A stretch of 32,506 nt of DNA, from NCBI GenBank assembly GCA_032718475.1, contig JAUCBJ010005679.1:1-32506 (forward strand). The letters are read 5' to 3'. Below, in pieces: positions 22,495-32,506 of the stretch. The stretch's first letter is position 1. Each line of letters begins with the position of its first letter. Source of the DNA: Nemertoderma westbladi (lineage: Eukaryota > Animalia > Xenacoelomorpha). The notes beneath the pieces are model-generated. The model ran no database searches and had not been told where the DNA came from. It saw only the letters and a program-made list of their open reading frames with translations. Both the position numbers and the translations under genes were made by a program.

Positions 22495-22600
22495 TGTGGG
22501 GCGAGCCACGAAGTTGGCGGAGCCTTAGCGAATTGACACTGTTAGGGGGTGGGTCAATTTATGCAAATAGTTGTCGTCGTCGTCGTCGTCGTCGTTGTCG

Positions 22601-22632
<32 letters not shown>

Positions 22633-23030
22633 GTCGTCGTTACGATTTTGACATGCTAATAACTTTGTCGGATTTAAAGCTGCCAAGTTGAAAATTTGTA
22701 GGTATCAATATGAGCAAAAGTTGAGATTTTTGAGAGACTTTCAGACACCATCAGTGCAATGGTCTCCCGCTAGAGGGCCACATGTCTAAACATTAAATGC
22801 CCTCCCATTTCTTTGCTTTTAATCCGTTTAAGCTGAAACTTGGCAGATATGTATTAGACCATTAGCTGTGACTTTCAAAGGAGGCGAATCCATCTGCAGT
22901 TCTCCAGTCTGCCGCTAGAGGGCCAACGTGACAACGACAACTATTTGCATAAATTGACCCACCCCCTAACAGTGTCAATTCGCTAAGGCTTCGCCAACTT
23001 CGTGCTGCGAGAAGTCCCCACTTCGTGTAG
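22495..23030 (+). mobile_element. HINE/DINE-1-like element with (GTC)n microsatellite and inverted duplication of its 5' end
   Basis: TGTGGGGCGAGCC head; (GTC)n at 22573-22640; two CCGCTAGAGGGCC units; 22507-22580 inverted at 22930-23004; CCCCAC subterminal complement. Confidence 0.6.
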
Positions 23031-24136
23031 TAATATATACTTTATTCAATTTTAGACCTCATGCAAACAAAGAAGTATTTTTACTACAGTAACTAAACTA
23101 TAATAATTATAATATGAAGGAACAAAAATTTTCTTTTTGGGACCCTTTTGTTTTACCTTTATTGGTGGCAATTGTTAAGCTCTAAATAATTATTGTATTT
23201 AAATGGGGGCAAAAAAGTAGGCTTTATTTGTCGAGCGTAGCGAAACAAATAAGTAAGACAAAATATGTTAATTTTTTCCACCACTTACGTCGTTTTATTA
23301 GTTGTAAGTCCTCCCACTTTTATCTGGGCCTATTTAGCATAAATATCGTCCATCGAAGATTCTTCGATAGTAACGGACGGATTTGACTAAAAAGTGACTT
23401 ACAACAAATGAGGTCTTTAATAAAGTAAACAATATAGGGCCTACAGTAGACCATCACCATTAATACAACGCCATTTTTAGCAATGGTGGTGTAATGTAAT
23501 GGTGGGATTAGGAGATGGTGTACGTTTAGAAAACCAACCAGTTAGGGGTTCTGACAACACACTATTCCAGAACAGTCTTAAATAAATAAGTAGATTAAAC
23601 TGGTACAGTACAAATTCGCCATGTCGACAATCGCATCCAATTGTTTTCCACTGGCTGAAGTTCCCTTGATATTTATACTGTACATTACAGTATGATTTAC
23701 AACATACTGACTTTAGTCTACATTATAGAACATTAGTCACATCCAACATATTATTTTTATTTTTTAATGAACATTATTTTAACTCCTTCCATAGAAAAGG
23801 CCTTAAACAATGAACTACATTATTCTCACACCTTTTACATTATTTTTACTCATTTTACATTAATTTCACTACAAATGTACAGTAGCTATTGAATTCATAG
23901 GCCTAATGTTTGTAATTACACTTCAAGAATTCTAAAAAAATGTAGGTCCTCATAGTAAAAATATTAGTCAGGGGTGTCGACATGGCGAACTAGTAGGCCT
24001 ACCTGGTATTTCATGTAAGTAAGGTACAGTCGATATTATTTTGTAAGATTAACTGAAATAAGAACTAATTCTACAACTAAAAAATTTATAAAAAATAATA
24101 TTATATGTACTGTGATAGTATAAAACCTGAAATTAT

Positions 24137-24311
24137 ATGGATCTGCTACAGGGAGCCTCAAGAACATGGGCCAAGTTAAATTTTTCGGGGAGAAACTTTC
24201 GACAGAGTGGACGGAATATTAATCTCGGGCCGGTCATAACGTCATCCAGTGCGAACGAAAGCTTTCCACAGCATCCGCCACAACCACCGCCACCGCCACC
24301 ATATTATAACG
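24137..24311 (+). CDS. Exon 1 of a CD20/MS4A-like membrane protein gene
   Basis: ATG...PQHPPQPPPPPPYYN-G|GTAAAC: a phase-1 donor matching the phase-1 acceptor at 26280. Confidence 0.6.
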
Positions 24312-24419
24312 GTAAACGGACTGTCCGAGCGGACTGTCTGTGTTCGTAGACTAATAACGGAGTACCTATATCCACCTCCCTCACGCTCTCTAAATAAATG
24401 GCAAATAAAAGATGTAGAC

Positions 24420-24503
24420 CCCAGAGTCGGTACTACAGTACTATTAGGTACTGTAGGCCCAGAGTCGGTACTACAGTACTATTAGGTACCGGTACTGTAG
24501 GCC
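24420..24503 (+). repeat. 38 bp tandem duplication
   Basis: CCCAGAGTCGGTACTACAGTACTATTAGGTA(CCGGTA)CTGTAGG twice. Confidence 0.9.
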
Positions 24504-24622
24504 TTCAAGGGCTTGTTTTCCCATCATTATTATGCAGATGAAAAATTGATATAAGCAAACCTTTTGTATTTTCGTATTATTTTATACAGTGTATTATCAT
24601 TATACTGTATATATATGTATTA

Positions 24623-25525
24623 CACCATGACCCGTAATATAGTGTTATTTTCTGATGATACGGACATCCCCCCAAATTTTTCTACAAATCTTTATCATAT
24701 TGCTTGAAATTTGAAACACAACTATAGTTCAACTCACCGTGGTTGTTACCATGAAGCCGGAATTTTCTATTTCGCTTTAAAAAATTTTTTATAAGTGTTT
24801 AAAAAGTGTCTTATGTGAAATCGCACCATCCATATCATTGCCATTCTTCACATTAGACGTAATTTTTCATATCAATAGAAAGCTTGCGTTGCAAGGATTC
24901 CAAATATGTAACAATATCTGCATTTCGTTGAGCAACAGCTGAGAAATACGTGTTCAAAGATTGCAAGAATTATTGTTCGCTAAAAGCCATTTATTCTATT
25001 TAATAAATACACAATATTCTAGAACGTGTTATTTATTTGAAGAGTTGGTTGGCAACAGCGGAATGCCTATACAATATGTATATTGCGTAGCTAATCATAC
25101 ATAAACAAATTGTTCCAGAATATTGTGTATTTATTAAATAGAATAAATGGCCTGCAGTGAACAATAATTCTTGCAATCTCTGAATGCCTTTATCTAAGCT
25201 GTTTCTCAACGAAATTCAAACATTGTTACATATTTGGAATCCTTGCCACGCAAGCTTTCTATTGATATGAAAAAATTACGACTAATTTGAAGAATGGCAA
25301 TGATACGGATGGTGCTATTTCGCAAAAGACACTTTTTTAAAACGCTTATGAAAAAAATTTAAAGGCGGAATAGAAAATTCCGGCTTCATGGTAACAACCA
25401 CGGTGAGTTGAATTACTGTAGTTGTGTTTCAAATTTCAAGCAATACTGTATGATAAAGATTTGTGTAAAAATTTGGGGGGGTTTCCGTGTCATCAGAAAA
25501 TGACACTATATTACGGGTCATGGTG
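24623..25525. mobile_element. Complete 903 bp foldback MITE in the intron
   Basis: TA|CACCATGACCCGTAATATAGTG...CACTATATTACGGGTCATGGTG|TA; arms are complementary over ~400 bp around a centre near 25074. Confidence 0.9.
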
Positions 25526-26280
25526 TACAGTATATATATTATGTGTGTTTTAGAATTTCCAATCGCTCAGAATATAATTTGCTACTACTGTACGCTGTAA
25601 TATAATCTAATAGTGCAGTACAGTAGGCCTATAGCTATTATATTCAGCGTTTATTACCTTTGTATATTTATGTAAACCTACCTCGGTGCGCTGGCTCGGT
25701 TAATAAATACATTCAAGTCATAACGCTGAAAAATGATACTTTTAATACAATGATGTAAATACAGGAATACAGTAGTTAGGTATTATTGATTTCTCGTGGG
25801 CCTATATTGTTAATCAGAAATCATGTTTTTATATTTAGGGTGTCTACAATAATTCGTTACATACATATTGTATAATGATGCGTCAAGTTTCTTTGTTATA
25901 CGTATCAATGTCAATGCATAAAAGAGTATGTCTTTAATCGTAAAAATAAATAATAAACACAGAAACAATGCTCATAAGAAATACTTTTGAAAATTTGGTT
26001 TTAAATCATCAGCTCAGCTACCAAGAAAATGAAGTCACTAATCAATAAGTCACATTAAGTCATCAATAAGTCAATAACTGTTCGAGAACATCTACATACA
26101 TAACTAACAGTGTAGAGCAGCAAGTTCCCTTTCCTGGCGATAAGATAGACCTGCCTCAAGAATTAGACTGACAGCATTTATTAGGAAAATGTCTGAAACA
26201 TTCTCAAATAACCTTCCTTTTATTGTACATAATTCCAAAATTATCATATGAAAGCATGTAAAAAATTAAAATTTACACAG

Positions 26281-26951
26281 ACAGTCCGGGCACAGACAGC
26301 AAGGTCCCTTATTGCAACCGATACACAGGCCCTTCAAGTGGCACACAATTCACAGTGATACAGCCTCCTACTCAATCACCCAATACAGTCAACCAGCCGA
26401 CCTCGGGCTCACAAGACTGGAGTTATTTATGTTGCTTTTATCCCTATGTACAACGGAATATCCCAACCTCGCAAACGGAAGAAGATGAATGCTGCTGCAC
26501 TCTGACGTGCCTGTCTACCATCTTGGCGGTGTGTTCCGGGTTTGACATTGTTCTCGGTTGGGTTACGATCGCCCTGGGCAGAGCCTCTGGTCTCGGTGGC
26601 GCCCCAATATGGGGTGGCGGGGTTTTCCTTGCCGCCGCTGTACTTGGAATACTTTCCGGACGTGACAATCGACGACCACGGTGTTTAACCCTGACCTCTG
26701 CGTTGATTGGTTGTTTTGTTTGGCCCTTTGTTATCGGAATTGTGTCCCGTGTAATGAGTCTCGATTTCCAATGTCTACACAATAAAGATACAGGTTCGGG
26801 ACTCACTTGCAACCAAGAGTTGGTGGCTGCGTCGTTGGGCGTAGACAGCGCTATGTTTGTTTTTACTATGGTCGCAGGCGCTATGTTGCTAAGTATTGCG
26901 ATACATAGCCGCCGTGCTTGTTCGGACAGTTGCTGCGGCGGCTGTTTTTAA
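26281..26951 (+). CDS. Exon 2 of a CD20/MS4A-like four-transmembrane protein (281 aa when spliced)
   Basis: Four hydrophobic segments; TM2 motif GAPIWGGGVFLAAAVLGILSG resembles CD20-family GxPxWGG; a Cys pair in the second loop; Cys clusters flank the TM region. The frame is open from the acceptor TTTACACAG| at 26280. Confidence 0.75.
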
Positions 26952-27264
26952 AGATTACCGCTGCTACATACTAGGAGTGAGATGCATGAGATTTGGGCAG
27001 GATGGTTTACCGTGGAAAACTGGACTGTAAACTAGAATTCCAATTTCATTTTCCATAATAGCATTTTATGATAATTTAATGACTGATAAATAGTAAAAAA
27101 AAATTAAATATATATATAGGCCTACAGTTAGTATTCTACGCGTGATTTCAAATATTTAGTTTTTTATTTTATTTGATGTAAAATATAATGAGGTTTTAAA
27201 TCTTTAAACGGCGAGACGATATCTTTTTTTGGTCTCGCCAAGGTGTGGTTACACCAAGGTTCCA

Positions 27265-27535
27265 CCTTGATGTAGTGGTTGCATTGAATTCACATCTCCT
27301 GTAGGTCGTGGGTTCGATCCTCACATGGGCCAGGGCAGTTTTCGTTTCGGCACGAATGCTTTAAAGGGACCAGCCAGGGCGCATCTCTGCCTTGCATCCT
27401 TGAGTGGTAGCTAAATGAGTACTGGAGTTTCCTCTGGGGAGTAAAGTTCTGGGGGGACCGCACTGGAAATAAGTCGTCAGACTTTGTGCGTAATCCCTGG
27501 CCAAGCGGCCGAAGAAAATTTACTTTTTTTTTTAC
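27265..27535 (+). mobile_element. tRNA-derived SINE
   Basis: A-box-like TGATGTAGTGG (27268), B-box GGTTCGATCC (27311), central GCCTTGCATCCTT..GTAGCTAAATGAGTAC (resembles the Deu/Nin-type SINE core), TTTAC/T-rich tail. Confidence 0.7.
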
Positions 27536-28304
27536 TTATTTTACTCGAGTTATCGCTGTTTTTCCGTCTACTATCAGTTTGTGCGTCAAAATTTATTAAA
27601 CCAGACATAGAGAAATACCGACAGACATACAACAGACTAGATTACACCAAACTTTAAACGTGACGTCAGAAATGAAATCACCCATCCCGAAAAGCTCCAT
27701 AATGAAAATTTCGGGTGGAAATTTGAAATAAAGTTTCAAAGTTTAAAGGAAATTAATCTCGGAATTACATTTATCGATATTACATTTTTTCCAATTACTA
27801 TTCCGCCGTCGTTTTAAACCAAATTTGATATGGATTTGATTTGATTTGAAAGGTTTTTGAAGATCTAAAAACTCCAACCATTTCTTAAAAAACGTTTTCT
27901 TCAAATTTTATTTATTGCCAATTTTAATCTGATCAAATTTCAATTTGTAATGCTCTTAAGCTGAAGGCTCCCCACGTTGGTGGAACACAACATGAGGTAC
28001 TGAGACCTAGCACACTGTGTTAGAGCTGTTTTAAAAATACAATCTCCTGAGGGGGTACCACATCCCCTGCTTAAATATTAACAATAAATAATAATAATGT
28101 TGTTATTATTAAATTTCTAAAACGAAAAATTTAGTTTCTCTTACTTTTTTACTGATGTCAGGATGTCACTATGCAATAACAGTAGTTTTATTAAAATTTG
28201 CATTATTTACAGCTCTGTCGATGGCGCGATAACGGTAAATAAGATTTGCATTATTTACCTCAGTAAATTGGGATTATTACTCTTCAATCATTCAACTTTG
28301 TACT

Positions 28305-28560
28305 GTAATAAATACTATTCTGGGGCGTTTTATTGAATTAATGATTTGATTTGAGTTACGACAATAGTAAAATGGCATCAAGTAATTAATATTCTTCAAA
28401 TAAATAATATGTTCCAGAATATTGTGTATATATTACAGTAAATATAATAAATTACCTGTCCTGCAGGCTGTAACGGATGCAAATACCTGCACTTTTTGAA
28501 CGCCCATATCTCAGCTAATTCTCAACAACATTAATAGTTATTACAAATTTGGAATCCTAT
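28305..28560. mobile_element. Degraded fragment of the CACCATG foldback family
   Basis: TGTTCCAGAATATTGTGTAT...ATATCTCAGCT...TTGGAATCCT aligns to 25111-25245 and 13953-14085. Confidence 0.6.
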
Positions 28561-28945
28561 CCATTGGTATCAAGAAAAAATAGAGTTCGATCCCTGGTAG
28601 GTGGGGATTTGGATGTGCCGAACCTTACCGCCACAGCCTACAACAATAATAACGATCCAAACTCATTAATGGAGGGCCGTTATTGCTGAAAATTGTATCT
28701 GTATCAATTAATTCACCCCATTATGTGACTATGCAGCTGTAGGGAGACTTGATACAGCAGTTTAAAAAAGCATCATCATACTAAGCACAAAAAGTGCAGT
28801 AGGCCTACTCCAATATCCCTACAAACAAATTTTATTTTTATCCCATCTCTGTAGGATAAATTGAACTTAAAAAGATATTCACAGTTAAAGCTTAAAGGTT
28901 AAAAGTGTATCAAGACATTTCCGCGTAAGTGTAGCCTACGCGTAG

Positions 28946-31900
28946 TGTAAAAGCTTTTGTGGGATAACTGATACGTTTGCCTTTGCTGGCCAGTTCCCCC
29001 CCAGTCGCTAGAATACTCTCAAAGGGATTTATAACTAAAATAGTGCAAGCTACCAGCTTATTGGCTGATGTGCTGTACGGAGATATCTGGGCTCAGTTTA
29101 ATCGGCCAACTAGCTTAGAGAGGTTGCCTTAGCCTTGCTGTCCGTATCGGCCAATAGAATTTGAGTGGGCGTTGATTTCGACCTATCCCAGAGCTACTGA
29201 ACTGAATTTCCTATCTCACTGCTCATCCTCTGTGTTGGACGGGAGCTTCGGGGAATAAGGGTATTTGGTATACTCGTATAGTGGTAGTAGTTATATGATT
29301 TTATATGATTCTGTTGTTGTGTTCCCATTTTTCGCCATAACACCGGCTTTTTGGGAAGAACTCTAGTAAAACTGCTTAAATTATCGAAAGTATAAACTGT
29401 TACCTACTCACGAATCTTAACTAACTCACTTAATTTAACTGCATTAATCATATTGTTTGTACTGTTATTTTACTGTCAGTTATTAATTGTATCTATTTGT
29501 TGATGGAAATATTGCTCTTTGGAGAATACGGATAAATCACCCAAAATTCCCAATTTTCTTGATACACTACAGGTTAGAGAGACGGGATATATATAACAAT
29601 TGCGATTTATATTAATGTGGTGTGTATTGAATCTAATGTTATTTAGCAGACCCTACATGAGTCAATTGCTGCTCTCTTTATGTGTGATCAAATATACTGA
29701 CGGTCGGCAGAATAGTGTGCATGATTGTGATTGGTAACAAAGTATTTCCTAAAGAATACGCTTTATACTTTAATCATAAGCAGTATCGTTGCGTTTAGTA
29801 TAAGTCTTAGTTCTGTTTAAATAGATAGAGCGCCACGTCCTAAAGGAACTGTTAATATTTCCCGAAAGCCAATAATATCTGTCAGAAATTAATTATTAAC
29901 GATCTATCGAATAATACAGTAAGTTTACACTGCAACCTTACACTGCAATAATAAAATGTAAGCATCCGAATTCAGCCTCCCGGGTGTAGATCCATCGGGT
30001 GAATGATCGCGCATGGGCTGACTTCGGCTAATGTTTTGCGTATTAGCATAAAATATTGTCGTATGCTAAAGGTGTTTTAATTAACTAAAAGACATATAAA
30101 TTTTGGCAGGTTAAACTGCTAAAGGTCTTCAAAAGCGCGAACAGTAACAGTTTATACTTTTATTGCAGTAGGCAATAAGGTTGCAAAACACCGTAGTGAC
30201 TGGTAAAACTGAACCGGTACTTCTGTAGGTCAGTAGGCCTAACTGTCATCACCGGTACCGGTACTGCTGTACAAGTACATTTAGTATTATTCGATTTTGA
30301 TTATTGTATACCGGTAGGCTGTTTAAGAGATTAGGGACTGTACACCCCTTGTTTCTTTTGGAGCTTACTTATTTCTGTCGGTTTTATTTCCTAGTAAGTT
30401 AATATTGAGCTGAAGACGTGCAAGTCTGCTCAGATTGTTCAAATAATTGTAGGCTGAACTGCTGTCTGACTGTGTTGAGTTTGGAGAGATTACGGCGTGT
30501 GTAGAGTTTGTCTGATCAAGTGCCGTTAGTAAGTTGGGGCAGCCATATGCGGTAAGGTCAATCCCCTCTTAAAGAATACGTCGTACTACCGTGTTAGAAC
30601 GCATACTAACTAACAGTTTCAGAATCTGCATATACTGTAGTTTATTTAGGCTTGATTGTAGTCTGCCAGTGTTTTAGCCTGTGTTTGTTTGTGTGGTCTG
30701 TTCAGGTACCGTAATAGTTATTACTCAGATATTTTGTAGGCTAGATTGTTGTCTAGCTATTCTTAGGCCTGAAGGGATTGCTGCGTGTGTAGAGTTGGTC
30801 TGATAAAGTGCCGTTAGTAAGTTGGGGCAGCCATATGCGGTAAGGTCAATCCCCTCTTAAAGAATAAGTCGTACTACCGTGCTAGAACGCATACTAACTA
30901 ACAGTTTCAGAATCTGCACATACTGTAGTTTGTTTAGGCTTGATAGTAGTCTGCCAGCGTTTAGTTTGTATTTTGTTTGAGTATTCTGTACGGGTAGCGT
31001 AATATTTATTATTCAGAGTTTATGCGATTATTCGCAACATTCATGTCCCCAAGTTTATTCCTACAGTAATTGTGCTTGTTATACATACCGTTATAGTTAA
31101 ATTAACCCCGGTACTACACGGGCTGCTTGGCGTAGGACAAGACTGGTGACTTTGTGCTCTAGTCACTCCAGCAGATGCCGTGGTTCTTTTAACTGTTCAA
31201 GTATATTTAACTACTGATTATTTGTTATACCGGTACTTGTACCTAATTTAGGGTTTAGTGTACAGTGCTTTCCGAAGTAATTAGTGTAGGCAGTATATTT
31301 GTGTTGTAAAGTGGTTGATAGGCACATTCGTTAGCTCTATTAGCTTCTGGGTAGGAACAATCCGTGATACATAACGTAGTACCTATAGCGATACGGTTAT
31401 AGGTCGTCAGGCGGTGGTATTTTCCTATCTGGACAGTACAATATATTTACTACTACTTATTATTTCAAATACCGTAGTACCCTGTCCGTTGTAATAACCA
31501 GAATTCTAACCCTTTGTTAGGCTGGTTTGTAGACTTCCTGTAAAATTACCCTAAAAAATTTCGTACGTAATATTTTGTTGTGTTTAATTAGAGAATTAAT
31601 CTCACCAGTATAGTAAGTAATTTGTAGTATTAAGTAACTTAGGTAAATTAGAATTATCAGTTTTAGTGTCAAATAAATAGCACTTCACTGAGAGCGCACA
31701 GCTTCTGTGTAGTGACTCCCCCAGAAATAATAACATTTATTTCAAATATTGACAAAAAACCCATTTAAACGGGTATATAAATATTATAAATCAAATCAAA
31801 CGATTTATAAATAGTAGGCCTGCCATACAACAACTAGGTCTCACTATCAGTTGGACTACTGCTTAAATAACGGTAATAAAGTAAGTTAAAGTAACTAAGT

Positions 31901-32506
31901 AACCCTAAAATATTCAGGAATTCAATTATTCTAAAAATAATTGACATACCGGTACTTACCATAGGCTTATTATATTTATTTCTATAAATTTGAGCTGAAA
32001 TCATACCGGTACTCTGTAATTAATTCTAGTTCATAATTATACTTATATATACTATAAGTGTAAGCTGTATACCGGTATTCAAGATAGGCCTATTATATAT
32101 TTATATATATCTGTGTTAAATTTATATACCGGTACTCTGTGACAAACCTAGTTTACAATACTTATATATATTATAAGTGCATACCGGTATTCTAATATAC
32201 TGCAATAAATTACCGGTACTAGGCCAGTGGTCATACTGAATTACTAGACTTGCTTTAACTGTAACTATAGCAGTAAGCCTTCAACTGTATAGCTAAACAT
32301 GTCTGACACTCAGCAAAACCTGTCAGACAGTCTGATCGATACAACTATCTGTGATTCAGATAGGAGTGTGGAGCGAATAAGAAAGGAGTTCGGCTCACCT
32401 CCTACTGTAAAAAAGGTCATCCCTCCAGTAGTATCAAACCCAGGCTAGTCCACCATAGGTCCATCATAGGCACTCGGGCACAGGTAAAACGGGACCAAGA
32501 GGCAGT
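28946..32506 (+). mobile_element. Family B copy 3 (putative LTR, leader, start of gag), runs off the window
   Basis: Colinear with 8047-11645. Confidence 0.85.
32299..32506 (+). pseudogene. Start of the gag-like ORF of copy 3, frameshifted
   Basis: MSDTQQNLSDSLIDTTICDSDRSVERIRKEFGSPPTVKKVIPPVVS; 1 nt deletion near 32441 relative to copy 1; many synonymous differences. Confidence 0.8.

Noticed and set aside
22573-22640. Short repeats as a CRISPR array
   Set aside because: Simple (GTC)n microsatellite; no repeat-spacer structure or cas genes anywhere in the window.
28581-28690. B-box GAGTTCGATCCC as a tRNA gene
   Set aside because: No A-box or cloverleaf; at most a SINE remnant.

Overview
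AT-rich eukaryotic (probably invertebrate animal) genomic DNA, mostly nested transposable elements, with one likely host gene. (1) 1-5487 (-): 5' part of a BEL/Pao-like LTR retrotransposon. It has a ~580 bp LTR with TATA/Inr and an embedded tRNA-like Pol III cassette, a TGGTCCGAC PBS, a ~2.5 kb leader, and a stop-free ORF of at least 787 codons (2361->1) that the ORF track missed. (2) Three copies of a related long-leader family starting TGTAAAAGCT (8047+, 18989-, 28946+), whose leader holds a covarying RNA stem. (3) hAT-type, TA-flanked foldback and nested MITEs, Harbinger and rosa-type mariner transposase relics, a LINE ORF1-like fragment, SINEs and HINE/Helitron-like repeats. (4) A 3.2 kb unit with perfect 37 bp TIRs and an 8 bp TSD (P-superfamily signature) that carries only captured-looking DNA. 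(5) A two-exon CD20/MS4A-like four-TM gene with an N-terminal PPPY motif (24137-24311 + 26281-26951). TA-CTG-TA, TA-CAG-TA and TA-CCGG-TA insertions resembling excision footprints are widespread, and one of them precisely breaks a gag-like ORF. All calls come from manual reading; no database searches were run.
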